A stretch of DNA of 64,000 nt from assembly GCA_951406725.2 (NCBI GenBank), contig OX597837.1, forward strand, positions 24,180,001-24,244,000, in the 5' to 3' direction. This DNA is from Octopus vulgaris (taxonomy: Eukaryota). The notes under the pieces are model-generated. The model worked only from the letters and a program-made list of their open reading frames with translations, was not told the DNA's origin and did no database searches. A program made the translations under genes and the position numbers. Below, piece after piece: positions 1 to 14,189 of this stretch; positions within the stretch are counted from its first letter, which is position 1, and each line of letters begins with the position of its first letter.

Positions 1-439
1 TGTTTATCAATGCATTTGAAAATAATTAAGAACAAAACAGCTTTTAACACACCGTATGCAAATTAGCTTCGAAAACCGGGTCTGTTTACTCAATGCAGAG
101 TGCTGTATATTGCACGGAATTGCAGTGTTCTCCAGATTTCTTGAAATTCCGGATTTCTGGAAGAGCCGGATAAGAGGTCCGGTACTGTGCCACCTCCAGC
201 CCTACTGACTTAAGAACGAATATACCGGTTATTGCGTTGTTGTTAAAGTTGAAAGTCGTGCAGAGTTGTGGTGGTGGTGGAGGCAGCGGTGGCATTGATG
301 GTGGTAATAGTGGTACAGAAAGGTACTGATAAATAGTGGTGGTGTGAGCGAGGGTGGGTGGTAGTTGAGGTGGTGGTGGTTGCGGTGGGTGGTGTGACGC
401 AGCATATTTGTTGCAATGGCATTAGGGAATAATGGTGGT

Positions 440-486
440 GGTGATAGTAGTAGTAGTAGTAGTAGTAGTAATAGTAGTAGTAGTAG

Positions 487-569
<83 letters not shown>

Positions 570-570
570 A
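440..570. repeat. (TAG)n/(TTG)n compound microsatellite
   Basis: Direct inspection of the trinucleotide runs. Confidence 0.95.
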
Positions 571-1228
571 TTGGCTGAAGCGGTGGTTTTTTGGTGCAAC
601 AGCTTTGATCGGCGAACTGAAGTTCTTTATTCACGTGGGACATATTCTCACTAGATTGACGAGAGAAACACCTTAAAAATAGAGTAGATATGTAGATATG
701 CTTGTCCCAAGCAAGTAATTAATGCACATACACATGTTTGTGCGTGTACGTGTGTGTGTGTGAGTGTGTATGTGTGTATGTGTGTTTGTGCATTTGTATA
801 CATAGATAATTGTCTGTCTAAATATGTACACAAGTTCTGTATATATGCGCCCTTGATAATGCACAACCAATTTTCGCTATACACACACGTATACTTGTAT
901 TATACACATGCATCAGTATTCCTTTGTGCCTCTCTATGAAGTATATGTATACGCTGACCTGTATATGTATGTGTCAGCGAATGTTACATATGTATGCATG
1001 CATGTATGTATGCACTAGGGTAGCCGAGCCTGCTAGGTAAGGAGGGTGGTTTTCATTGGACACCCAGCAGAACGTAAAACAAAACCTGTCAAAGGACGGC
1101 TGGGAATGAGAAACTCCCTAGACCAGCAGTTCTTAGCCATTTTTCGCCTATGGATCCCCTTCGAATCCTTTTTTTATTCGGATGGACCCACTCCGTCCCC
1201 CTTAGCATTTCGATGTTTAAAAAGTTCC

Positions 1229-1590
1229 CAGGCGTAGGAGTAGCTGTGTGGTAAGTAGCTTGCCTTGGGCAAGTGTCTTCTACTATAGCCGCGGGCCGAC
1301 CAAAGCCTTATGAGTGGATTTGGTGGACGGAAACTGAAAGAAGCCCGTCGTACATTTGTATATATATATGTATGTGTGTGTATATGTTTGTGTGTCTGTG
1401 TCTTCCCACCTCCGCCTCCAACATCGCTTGACAACCGATACTGGTGTGTTTACGTTCCCGTAAAAGAGACCGATAGAATAAGTACTAGGCTTACAGAGAA
1501 TAAGTCCTGGGGTCGATATACTCGACTAAAGGCGGTGCTCCAGCATGGCCACATTCAAATGACTGAAACAAGTAAAAGAGTAAAAGAGTA
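1229..1590 (+). mobile_element. SINE family A copy (tRNA-headed, internal TA/TG microsatellite, AAAGAGT tail), with internal deletion
   Basis: Matches the roughly 30 other copies in the window: GGCG(C/T)AGGAGT(A/G)GCTGTGTGGTAAG head ... CAAATGACTGAAACAAGTAAAAGAGT tail. Confidence 0.9.
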
Positions 1591-1714
1591 ACTATATTTC
1601 TATAATTAAATATTATTAGGATTTGTATTTAAAAAATTGCTAGAATATTTCATGCATTGTAGAAATATAAGTAATTTATTGCTTATAAATTTTAACAACA
1701 AAATTTTATAGGAT

Positions 1715-1985
1715 TCGACTGACCCGATTAACGGAACAGCCAACTCGTGAAATTAATATGCAAGTGGATGAGACAAGCGTATCCTTAGCATAGTTCTCAG
1801 GGAGATTCAGCGTGACACAAAATGTGACAAAGCTGTCCCTTTGAAATACAGGTACGACTCATCTTTACCAGTTGAGCGAACTGGAGCAACGTGAAATAAA
1901 GTGTCTTACTCAAGGACACAACGTGAGCCGAATACCCTACGATCATGAGCCCGAATGCTCTAACCACTAAGCCACGCATCTTCAC
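1715..1985 (-). mobile_element. Chimeric SINE: family D head with the 3' tail of the family C copy at 38374
   Basis: Head GTGAAGATGCGTGGCTTAGTGGTTAGAGC and GTCCTTGAGTAAGACACTTTATTTCACG core; tail TTAATTTCACGAG..GGCTGTTCCGTT shared with 38635-38661. Confidence 0.7.
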
Positions 1986-2048
1986 TCGGGTCACGTAGAC
2001 CTCCGGTTGAAAACCACTGAACTAGACTTTGTTTAGACATATCTATAG

Positions 2049-2260
2049 GAGAGTCAAGACTATTGAAAAGGTTGCAAGACGCAACGAAAACTTAAGGAAA
2101 ATAAAAATAAGAAATAAGTGGAAATTTTACCGGTGAGTGTGTTAAATTATAAGGCACAAAAAGAAAATGACTCTCCCCAGATATAACAGAATATGCTTCA
2201 ACACACGAACTCACATAAAGAATCTTGCAAACCAAATCCAAAAACGAAATATAGGAGAAG
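2049..2260. repeat. Unclassified interspersed repeat (second copy at 16578-16775)
   Basis: GAGAGTCAA(G/A)ACTATTGAAAAGGTTGCAA...GAATCTTGCAAACCAAA is present at both loci. Confidence 0.75.
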
Positions 2261-2935
2261 GAAATTCCGTCTCATTGGAAAGCCGGAGACTTTACACTTG
2301 CTTGTTTCTGGACATTTAAGCTTCGTAAGTGCAAGCTATTAGTGACACTTTTATGAAGCTCCACTCAAATCTTCTTTTGGGTGGCCTGGAAGCTTAGAAG
2401 AAATAATTCGGACGAAATCGATGTTCCTAGACTAATTCAAGACAGTCGATATCATTTTTTTTTAAAAACTATTTACCCAGAATATAGTAAATTTGTATGG
2501 TTACCTTTTTACCTTTTACTTTTAACTTGTTTCAGGCATTAGACTGCGGTCATGCTGGGGCACCAGCTTAAAGAACTTTTAGTCGAATGGATAGACCTCG
2601 GTACTTTTTTCCTTTTTTTTCTTTTTTTTTCTTTTTGGTATGCCTAGTACTTATTCTATTGTTTTCCATTGCCGAACCGCCAAGTTACAGGGACGTAAAC
2701 GCACCAACACCGGCTGTCAAGCGATGATGGTGGGACAAACACAGACACAATCTCTCACACACACACACACAATCTCACTCACACACACAGACATACACAA
2801 TCTCACACACACGCACACAATCTCAAACACACACACACATATACGATAAACTTCTTTCAGTGATATCGCTCGCACAACACCGGCTGTCAAGCGATGGTGG
2901 TGGGACAAACACAGACACAATCACACACACACACA

Positions 2936-2972
<37 letters not shown>

Positions 2973-3684
2973 TCTCACACACACACACAATCTCACACAC
3001 ACATACATGTGCGATGAGCTTCTTTCAGTGAGACCGAATCCCGAACCATCATGTGGCTGGACAGCAACCATGTTGCCACACAGGCACGTTTGCACCCGTA
3101 TATATGCAATGTATTTTGCGCATTCACATGCACCCGATTGTCACTTTACACGTAAATACAATGTTTACTAAAGAAACTTGTAAAACAACCTTTATCTTAT
3201 AACAATGGACTAAATGTTAATGTCGCAAGGTTAGGAGCACAAAAAACCGTAAATAAAACAAATCATTCATCATATCTCTGGTTTGTTTGCATTATTGAAT
3301 ATATTTTAATAAAGTGTGTGAGTTTACTTGCGTGTTAGATGTAGTAGTGGTGGTGGTGGTGGCGTGAAGCTGGTGGTGGTGGTGTGATGGTGGTGGTGGT
3401 GGTGGTGGTGTAAGATGGTGGTGGTGTGATGGTGGTGGTGTGTCTGCGTCCGTGTGTTTATACCTACTGTTATTTTTGTTGTTAGTGGTGGTGGTAGTAT
3501 TAGTAATGGTGGTGGTGAGGTGTTGTTGCTGCTTAACCCGAAGAGAGGTCATATTCTTTTTTCTATTTTATTTTGTTTTTTATTCTTTTATTTGTTTCAG
3601 TCATTTTTGACTTGCACATGCTACATAATAAAAAATAGATACACACGTATCTAATGGCGCACACACGCACACGCACGCACACAC

Positions 3685-3746
<62 letters not shown>

Positions 3747-4163
3747 ACACACGTTCTTTTATTTGTTTTTGTCATTTGACTGCGGCCATGCTGGAGCACC
3801 GCCTTTTAGTCGAAGAAATCGACCCCAAGAAAGCAAAACATTTAGAAGACGATACAAAAAACACGGACGGGACATTCGAAGCCTTCAACCTTCAGTCAAG
3901 AACCGGATCATCCTCGCAATTTCGATATATGCTGTAGCACCGCCTTTTAGTCGGACAAATCGACCCTAATACTTTATATATGTATATATTACGACGGACT
4001 TCTTTCAGTTTCCGTCTACCAAATCTACTCACAAGGCTTTGATTGACAAGACACTTGCCCAAGGTGCCACGCAGTGGGACTGAACCCGGAACCATGTGGT
4101 TGGGATGCAATCTTCTTACCACTGAACCACGCCTACGTCTATATATATATCAGAGATTTATTA

Positions 4164-4548
4164 TCTCTCTATATATATAAACGGCAGTTTGTCTGTGCGT
4201 GTTTCTGTGTGTCTGTTTGCTTGTACCCTCACCCTGACCACGGCTTTCAACCGATTCTGATGAAACTTGACACACACATAGCCCAATGTCATAATTCAAA
4301 ACTAACGCAGCGACAATTTTGAAAAGTTCCCCCAGTTCTGAAAAAAATCGATAAATTCGATATGGGGTCGACAATGAGAAACACAAACCACAAACTGTCT
4401 AGGGGACGCAACTCCACCTTTTTTAAATCTCAAAAAAATTTACCATCATTTTTTTCCATTTTTTTGCTATTTTTTGGCTATAACTCTCTAAAAATGCTTT
4501 ATAGTTATTTCCCTTACAAACCTGAGCAACGCCGGGCGATACTGCTAG
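4164..4548 (+). mobile_element. Non-autonomous Helitron
   Basis: 5' TC start after A, 3' CTAG before T, subterminal GC-rich imperfect hairpin CCTGAGCAACGCCGGG; near-identical copy at 53585-53969. Confidence 0.85.
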
Positions 4549-4927
4549 TTGCTTATATATATATATATATCGAAATTGCGAGGATGATCCGGTTCTTGAC
4601 TGAAGGTTGAAGGCTTCGAATGTCCCGTCCGTGTTTTTTGTATCGTCTTCTAAATGTTTTGCTTTCTTGTCCCAGTTTGTATTTTTTTACACATATATAT
4701 ATGTATATATATTATGTGTGCCTTTGCGTATGTGTTTGTGCCACCACCATTGCTTGGCAACCGATGTTGATGTGTTTACGTCCCTGTAAGCTAGAGGTTC
4801 GGCAAAATACACCGATAGAATAAGTACCAGGCTTACAGAGAGTAAGTCCTGGGGTCGATTTCTTCGACTAAAAGGCGGTGCTCCAGCATGGCCGCAGTCA
4901 AATGACAAAAACAAATAAAAGAACGTG

Positions 4928-4987
<60 letters not shown>

Positions 4988-5479
4988 CGTGTGCGTGTGT
5001 GCGCCATTAGATACGTGTGTATCTATTTTTTATTATGTAGCATGTGCAAGTAAGTGTGACCTCGTCTATTTGTCAGTCTGTACAAGGGTACCTTCTATAT
5101 TAGCGTACAAACTGCAGTCAGTATGTCTGTCGTTTAGGGCAATCCATTTTTATGGTGGCAAGAATGTAGCTTGATACTATTCAACCTATCTCCAAGCCGA
5201 CACTTTAAATTAAGTGATTTAAATCTACCTTGAGCCATCTGAATTCTAATTATCATCATACACAGGATGTTCATAAATTATCTTTACAACTTTTACAGTT
5301 TATTGTATTGTATTGTCTACGTGTGTTGCGTGCAACCAATGGAGTGAACCCACGTGGAAGTTTTCCGCTTTACTAATAAAAGTTTATTCATATTGTTATT
5401 CTTAGGGGAAATTATCTTTTTTTTTTTTGCCAAATAAACACACGCACAATATATATTTGTTCTTCACCTCAGATTTATT

Positions 5480-5800
5480 CTTTCTTCTTTCTTTCGCTCT
5501 TTTCAAGCCTAGCCAGGTTCATGGGCCCGGTTTCCCGGTTTCTGTGGTATATGTGTTCCCCCCAGCTGGACGGGTCGCCAGTCCATCGAAGCGTTACTCA
5601 AGAAACAGGAAGAGAGAGAGAGTAAGAGAAAGTTGTGGTGAAAGAGTACAACAGGGGTCGCCACCACCCCCTGCCGGAGCCTCGTGGAGCTTTGGGTGTT
5701 TTCTCTCAATAAACACACACAACGCTCGGTCTAGGAATCGAAATCGCGATCCTTCGACCGCGAGTCCGCTGCCCTAACCACTACGCCATTGCGCCTCCAC
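5480..5800 (-). mobile_element. SINE family C head with V-SINE-like tail
   Basis: tRNA-like head GTGGAGGCGCAATGGCGTAGTGGTTAGGGCAGCGGACTCGCGG; 13-bp TSD CCTCAGATTTATT (5467-5479, 5801-5813); GATGGACTGGCGACCCGTCCAG motif. Confidence 0.85.
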
Positions 5801-6270
5801 CCTCAGATTTATTATGGCTCTTATTTTATGTACTGGAAATCTTTCGTCACACATCTTGTGACTTCTTCAGAGACTCTTCATCACACGTGTCTCCTCCTGT
5901 TCTGTTTAGGTCATTTTGTTCAGAATGCATGACGAAATATTTCCAGACAAAGGACATAAAATTAGAACAATAATAAATTTGAAATGAAGAACGAATGATA
6001 TAGTGCGTGTGTTTATTTGACAAAAATGTGACCGTCCCCAAGTATAACAATATCTGTTTCAACACTGTATTTCACATCAGGAATCTTCCAAAGCAAATAC
6101 ATAAACGTAAAAACTTTATTCGTGTGGTAAGAAGCTTGCTTACCATCCACATGATTCCAGGTTCAGTCCCACTGCCTGGCACCTTGGGCAAGTGTCTTCT
6201 ACTATAGCCTCAGGCCAACCAAAGCCTTGTGAGTGGATTTGGTAGACAGAAACTGAAAGTATAGCCCGTC

Positions 6271-6317
<47 letters not shown>

Positions 6318-6468
6318 AATTAAATTAGGGTATCTACGAGATACCAACATGCTGAAAATAGCAGCCATGAACCGACGCTAACCACCTTAAGTTTTCCTAT
6401 AGCAAACATGGAGAAAATACAGAGAGGCAAGATGAAACTAGTAAAAAATTACTGGATAATTTATATAA

Positions 6469-6508
<40 letters not shown>

Positions 6509-7066
6509 CCGCAGTCAAATGACGGAAACAAGTTATCCTAATTTTTCATATTTTTTCTGAATTCTTCAAATAGTAAAGGTAATTCATGGACAGCCTGTAC
6601 ATACGACCGACTGACCGACCGACCGCTTTTTGTCATTAAAAATTTTAGCACTACACACATCAATTAACGCTGAATAGTCCTTATTTAAGCAAGTAACCAA
6701 ATGATTCTCTGTATTACTTTATTCAATCGGTTCTGAAGCTACAACTACCGGTGCTACTGTGCAATATGCATAACATAATATGCATGACTAAATTGCCATT
6801 ATCATCACTGCTTATAGACATTGTAAACCATACTTGCCACGTCTGAAAACCATGTGGTATTACCTAACTGTGATGTTATGTAATATCCGGCTACCTAACA
6901 GCTGTGCGAAACCGATTGACAAGATCAGCTGGAACAGATCTGTAATATTGCATACTTTGATTGCACATTGTTAGACAATCTATATATATACGCACATACG
7001 TGTGTGTGTGTGCGAGTAAGTATCTGTGTGTGTGTGTGCGTGTGTGACCATATATATATATATATA

Positions 7067-7243
7067 GCCACTACACACATTTTTTTCTCTCTTTGTTTCT
7101 CTCCTTGTCTATTCTGTATCCCTTTCTGTAGAAGAGCGTAGGCTCGAAACGTAAAATACTTTTTTCTATTCCTGAGCGTTATACTAATACATCTGCTTGT
7201 TTTGTACACCACCTGTCTTCGTCTTTTGTTTTTATCGTAAACT

Positions 7244-7247
<4 letters not shown>
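7067..7247 (+). mobile_element. Penelope-like pLTR-type element with hammerhead motif (A6U family), in (TA)n
   Basis: TTT-CTGTAGA-A-GAGC-GTAG-GCTC-GAA-ACGT-A-AAA at 7123-7156; flanked by TA repeats; five further copies in the window. Confidence 0.7.
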
Positions 7248-7323
<76 letters not shown>

Positions 7324-7807
7324 AATATACGTGGCCCGTTAGCAATTAAACCTAAAGGCAAATTAATAAACAAGGGTACGAAGTAGTACCAGCATTGCTA
7401 GAAATAGGAGTAAAAAAACAACTCAAATACATATATACTCATACATTCAGAATTGGTGATTCATTGCATAACTACTCAAATGTTCTCGCTATGTCCGATT
7501 CTCGAAGCGTCAAATGTGGAGGAAGGAAAAAGAGAGGGAGAGAAAGAGAGAGAAAACAGATAGACAAAGACAGAGAGAAAGGCAGAGACAGGAAGGGAGG
7601 GAGGAGAACACACGACTAGGAAACGAAAGGAAGAGAAAGAAGAAAGAGGCGGAAGAAAGCAAGGTGTGTACGAAGTTATGTTAAAAATAAGGCAAGAATG
7701 TAAGACAAGAGTCGCAGTTCTTTACAAGAAAGTAAACAATGTTTCGATCAATCAAGTAAAGTTTAGAAAAATAATCTTGAATGGCATATTTTGGGAATTA
7801 AGATATT

Positions 7808-7855
<48 letters not shown>

Positions 7856-8060
7856 GTGTATGCATACTGATGTGTGTGCATGCGCAGGTGTGGCCGCATT
7901 GTAAGAAGTTCCTCAATCGCATGGCAATGGATTTAGCCCCCACTGCGTGTTACCTTCTGCTATAGCCCCAGGCCAACAACCAAAACTTTTTGTGTTGATT
8001 TGGTAGGCGTAAACTGAAAAAAAACTCGTCATGTGTGTGTGTGTGTGAGTTATACACACA

Positions 8061-8095
<35 letters not shown>

Positions 8096-8468
8096 GTATC
8101 GAAGTATGCAGTATTATACATCCATTACGGCTGATCTTATAAATCCGGTTTCACGCAATGGGTTCAACGGAGTGTTAAGTAACAGTCCGGTCATGTACCT
8201 CTGTGCTCTTCAGAGATAGCAGTTATGAAATGAAATATACCCAGTTTTTGACAAAAATACGAATACATATTTTTTCTGACTCATGGATTGCCGACTTACG
8301 GATTATATATGACTAGCAAGGTAAAGCGGCTGACCTCCCCTGTTCGAAGGTTGTAATGGACGCAGGTTCGTGTGTCAAATAGCTAACTAGAGGCGGTGGC
8401 CTCTTGGAGCTAATCAGCGACAGCTTTAGTCTTATTTATAGACTGCCATATTAGTATGGCGATAACTA

Positions 8469-8511
<43 letters not shown>

Positions 8512-8631
8512 TTTTATTCATTTACTTATTTCAGTCATTTGACTGCGGCCATGCTCCAGCACCGCCGTTAGTCGAACAAACTGACCCCTGGATTTTTTTT
8601 TGTAAACCTTTGTAAACCTTTGTATATGTTT

Positions 8632-8730
<99 letters not shown>

Positions 8731-8734
8731 TGGC

Positions 8735-8988
8735 TATTTTCTGTTCCCCAACATGAAAAAACACTTGGCTGGGAAGCGTATCGGACCGATGATGAGGTCA
8801 TATCTGCTGTTGGGGACTTTTGTGAGGATCAGGATGAGCGCTTCTACACTACGGGAATACAAGCGCTGCAACACCGATGGAAGAAGTGTATGGACCGCAG
8901 AAGAGACTATGTCCAAAAGTAAAATACATTTCGTCAAGTTCGACCATTGCATCGTGATCAGCCAATCATCTTTTCAGCCCAGCCTGGT
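8735..8988 (+). mobile_element. Mariner transposase 3' remnant
   Basis: Frameshifted translation [52 protein letters not shown], a typical mariner C-terminus. Confidence 0.85.
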
Positions 8989-9354
8989 ATGTATGTGTAT
9001 GTGTTCTTCCGTTGTAGAGAAAATTCATAACAGAAAAGAATCTGTGAGACCTTACTACATTAAGAAGGCCATTTTGTATGTGTGTGTCTGCATATCGATT
9101 TATTTTGTTGTTTTTCTTAATACAAAATGATAATAATTCCCGACAGGATACAACTAATTAGCAATCATTTGCAATGTTTCTTTAATAGGTTGATTAGCAT
9201 ATTTCACCCTTCAGGCTTTTAATCTTCTTAAGAAGAAATTGCAAACAAGTGGATTAAGGGGTCTATTAAAAAACACGTTAGCATTTTAGCACGAGAAACT
9301 CGAGTAGTAATTAACCACAATTAAATACAATCTAACAATACAAACAATAATAAT

Positions 9355-10085
9355 GGTTTCAAATTTTGGTACAAGGCCAGTAATTTCAGAGGAGGGCTAA
9401 GTCGATTACATCGACCGCAGTATACAACTGGTACTTACTTTATCGACCCCAAAACGATGTAAGGCAAAGTCGACCTCGGCGGAATAATGATAATGATAAT
9501 CCTTTCTACTAAAGGTACAAGGCTAGAAATTTTGGGAGGGGGATTAAGTCGATTACATCGACCCCAGCGTTTCACTGATACTTAATTTATCGATCCCAAA
9601 ACGATGAAAGGCAAAGTCGACCTCTGTGGAACAATAATAATGATAATCCTTTCTACTAAAGGTACAAGGCCTGACATTTTCAGAGAGGGACTAAGTCGAT
9701 TACATCGACCCCAATGTTTCACTGATACTTAATTTATCGACCCCGAAAGGGGCGGAATTTGAACTCAAAATGTAAAGACGGACGAAATGCCGCTTAGCAT
9801 TTCGTCCGGTGTACTAACGATTCTGTCAGCTCGTCGCCTTTCAGTTGTACTAATATTAATACGCCTTAAGGTGGCAAGCTGGCAGAATGGTTAGCACATC
9901 GGGGCAAAAGGCATAGTGGTATTTCGTCTGTCTTCACGTTCTGAGTTCAAATTCCGCCGAGATTGATTTTGCTTTTCATCCCTTTCGGGGTCAGTAAAAT
10001 AAGTATCGGTTGGCCATTGGGGTTGATGTAATTAATCTATCCCTCTCCAGAAATTGCTGGCCTCGTGCCGAAATTTGAAGCCATG
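9355..10085. mobile_element. Cluster of SINE family B copies (minus 9355-9840, plus 9867-10085)
   Basis: Shared Nin/Deu-like domain TTTGCCTTTCATCCTTTCGGGGTCGATAAATTAAGTACCAG and B-box-like GAGTTCAAATTCC. Confidence 0.8.
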
Positions 10086-10239
10086 ATTATTAAAAGACAC
10101 TTTCCTCTTAGGTGAAGCCCACTTGGAAAAGAAAGTGAAAGTGGAGAGGGAAGTGCAACCTCCCAGTGAATTTGTGGAAAGTTGGATGACTGGAAAAAAT
10201 GGTTCGGGTGGGTGGACCTTCTCTGAACATGCTTTCTGT

Positions 10240-10425
10240 ATGGCGTGGTGCTGAAAAGTTCCTGGCTTTGGATTATCATGATTCTATTCAACGTATTCCC
10301 CTATGAGATTCACACACTTATTGCAGCGGTTCTTTAGTTTTTCTAAGCCTAGTGAAAAGAACTCGGAAGGTCGGACCTCTAACAAAACCTTTCGAGATAT
10401 CCTTAATGCCGACAACTTTTCAGTA
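10240..10425 (-). mobile_element. Mariner 3' end remnant
   Basis: Minus-strand GLEKLKNRCNKCVNLIGEYVE* followed by TIR-like GCCAGGAACTTTTCAGCACCAC. Confidence 0.75.
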
Positions 10426-10890
10426 CTTTCTCGTAGATTGGAGCACAACAGTTCAGTGAGGGCTTATTCCCTTGGTGGTCAGGGTAATCCTGGATCTGTG
10501 AGGTTCCTTGATTGACCCTCTAGTTGGAAGTACTCCACTACCAGGAAGACTGCATCTTTCATGTTATCACATACGTTATGTACAATCGTTTATCTTCTTT
10601 TACTTGTTTCAGATATTAGATTGCGGTCATGCTGGAGCACCGGCTTGAAAAATTTTAGTCGAACGAATCGATGTCAGTACTTGTTACTTTTTTTTATTTT
10701 AAAGTCTAGTACTTATTCTATCGGTCGCTTATGCTGAACCGCTAAGCTACGGGGACGTAAACAAACAACACCGGTTGTAAAGCGGTGACGGAGGGTAAAA
10801 CACACACCTGTCTGTCTGTCACCCTCTCTCTCTCTATGTGACGGTTTGCCTGTCTGTCTTTTGTCAGTCTGTCGTCTATCTATCTATCTA

Positions 10891-10932
<42 letters not shown>

Positions 10933-11413
10933 ACACACACACATTGCCCAATATGCCATGCAGTGGGGCTGAACCCGGAACCATGTTGTTGGGAAACAAA
11001 CGTCTTACCACGCAGCCGCACCTGCGTCTGAGTATATTTTATCCCATTTCACCGTCTTTACCCTTTCTCTCCCTTTTATGTAATCTCCCTTTTATGCAAC
11101 TCCCACCCTCACACAAATCGCAGACTGACCTTGTGATGTCCGCCTCATCTCTGCCCTTGTGACAAATAAAAAAAATCATCATCATCATCATCATCGTCGT
11201 CGTCATCATTATTATATTTCACCTGTAGTAAATTTGAAAATGTCACCATTCCAGTTTAATTAAGTGGCAATATTTTCACTTTTACTTCGTCACATGTCAT
11301 TTTGTCACACGACAATAAAAAAAAGACAAAACAAAACAAAAGCGATACAATGTGCGACGGCCGCATTGTTTGTTTGTCTACTACTACTACTACTACTACT
11401 GTTGCTGCTACTG

Positions 11414-11453
<40 letters not shown>

Positions 11454-11576
11454 ATGTTGCTGACAAAGGGACACGGACGGACGGACGGGTGGATGGGCGC
11501 ATAGATGGATGGATTACTGGACGTATGAACGGATGGATGGATGGACGGATAGATTGAAAAACGGACGGACAGACAG

Positions 11577-12130
<554 letters not shown>

Positions 12131-12337
12131 CTCACAACAACTAAACACACACAAATAAATTTTATTTCCAATTTTGTTCTAACATTTATTTTTTTACTTA
12201 TTTCAGTCATTGAAGGGATTTTTTTTTCTTTTTTTTTTTTTGTCGAACGAATCAACACCCGTAACTTATTTTTAAGCACGTACTTATTCTACGGATTTCT
12301 TTTCCCGAACTGACAGGTTACAGGGACATAAACAAAC

Positions 12338-12503
12338 CGGCGCAGGAGTGGCTGCGTGGTAAGTAGCTTGTTTATCAACCACATGGTTCCGGTCTCAGTC
12401 CCTCTGCGTGGCACCTTGGGCAAGTGTCTTCCACTATAGCCCCGGGCCGACCAAAGCCTTGTGAGTGGATTTGGTAGACGGAAACTGAAAGAAGCCCGTC
12501 GTA

Positions 12504-12549
<46 letters not shown>

Positions 12550-12770
12550 TGTGTGTGTTTGTGTGAGTATGTTTGTCCCCCTAGCATTGCTTGACAACCG
12601 ATGCTGGTGTGTTTATGTCCCTGTTACTGAGCGGTTCGGCAAAAGAGACCGATAGAATAAGTACTGGACTTACAAAAGAATAAGTCCCGGGGTCGAGTTG
12701 CTCGATTAAAGGCGGTGCTCCAGCATGGCTACAGTCAAATGACTGAAACAAGTAAAAGAGTAAAAGAGTA
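12338..12770 (+). mobile_element. SINE family A, full length
   Basis: Complete head-to-tail match to the family pattern. Confidence 0.9.
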
Positions 12771-12815
12771 AACCGACAGCAGTTACGGACTACACACACA
12801 CACATGATATATACT

Positions 12816-13048
12816 AGGGTGGCCAAAAGTCGCCCGACAGTAAATCAAAATTCCATAAATACCAACTGCAGTTCTGTATTGACTCGAATGGAAAAATGTG
12901 TCACGCATGAAGAACTTCAGTTTGAACAATTTTCATGATGTTTCATATTTAGATGCTTTTATTGAATTCATTCAGTTGTTAAACATAAATGAATCTTGGG
13001 ATTAAATGGGTTTTGATTTACTGTCAGGTGACTTTTTGGCCAACCCTG
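12816..13048. mobile_element. Tc1/mariner-type MITE
   Basis: About 35-bp imperfect TIRs AGGGTGGCCAAAAGTCGCCCGACAGTAAATCAAAA / TTTTGATTTACTGTCAGGTGACTTTTTGGCCAACCCTG followed by TA. Confidence 0.8.
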
Positions 13049-13187
13049 TATATACCCGCTGACTCGGAAGCCTGCCACGGACCCCTAGCTCCAGCCTCAG
13101 CTGTGAACTTGAAACCTAACGGATGACCTGTTACAGCACTTACGTACCTATTCGTTTAGACCATCAGTGAACTAAGCCCCTCATATT

Positions 13188-13239
<52 letters not shown>

Positions 13240-13656
13240 TCTTTATATATTCTCTTTTACTCTTTTGCTTGTTTCAGTCATTAAGACTGTGGCCATGCTG
13301 GAACACCGCCTTTTAGTCGAGCAAATCGACCCCAGGACTTATTCTTTGTAAGCCTAGTACTTATTCTATCGGTCTCTTTTGGCGAACCGCTAAGTTACGG
13401 GGACGTAAACACACCAGCATCGGTTGTCAAGCGATGTTGGGGGGGACAAACACAGACACACAAACAAACACACACACACGCACACACACACATGCATACA
13501 TATATACGACGGGCTTCTTTCAGTTTCCGTCTACCAAATCCACTCACAAGGTCCGAGGCTATAGTAGAAGGCACTCGCCCAAGGTGCCATGCAGTGGGAC
13601 TGAACACGGAACCATGCGGTTCGTAAAAAAGCTACTTACCACACAGCCACTCCTAC

Positions 13657-13709
<53 letters not shown>

Positions 13710-14189
13710 GCGAAAGCCAATGTCAATGTGTCTCACTTCTTCATCTTTACTCGTTCCACCCACCATCTTCTAACTCTATTAAGTAATTTAACCATAACAC
13801 CTGCTTCATAGCATTCGGAAGTGAAATACTTATTGAACTCACTCTCTCATACAATATTACCTCTCATAACTCTTTACCATAAAAATGTTGGAAACTTGGT
13901 ATGTTTTCAGATATTAATAAAATGTGTCAGACCTGTTTTCATGCCGTCGGTCGTCAGAGCTACGGGAAACTAAGTGCAGTCCGACTGCATGAGAATAGAC
14001 TCGACTAATTTTATTATTACTTTTAAAAAATTCTTAAAAGATACTAAATTTCTAACAACTTTATGATCAAATACGTTTAGAGCAATTCCAAACCATAAAA
14101 CTCGCACTTTGAAATAGTGTTCAGCGACAGTGGTGTAATTTTCCTTCAAACTACAAACGCGAGTTTAGATGCATACCAGCTACTACAAA

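Larger units (their letters stand above)
1124..2019. mobile_element. hAT/Charlie-like MITE interrupted by two SINEs
   Basis: Imperfect TIRs CAGCAGTTCTTAGCC / GGTTGAAAACCACTG; 8-bp TSD-like flanks CCCTAGAC (1116-1123) and AACTAGAC (2020-2027). Related left end at about 23214. Confidence 0.65.

Noticed and set aside
3292-3552. Minus-strand low-complexity ORF with a donor-like site
   Set aside because: Mostly (CAC)n, with no acceptor tract and no recognisable domain.
4570-4690. Hammerhead in the CTGAAGG..GAATGTC repeat (relative at 40063-40530)
   Set aside because: Core and stems could not be folded convincingly; left as an unclassified TA-flanked repeat.
6820-6870. Candidate second GPCR exon (AG|GT AAT, giving GNTTWFSD)
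   Set aside because: Poor polypyrimidine tract and no hydrophobic TM1/TM2 continuation.
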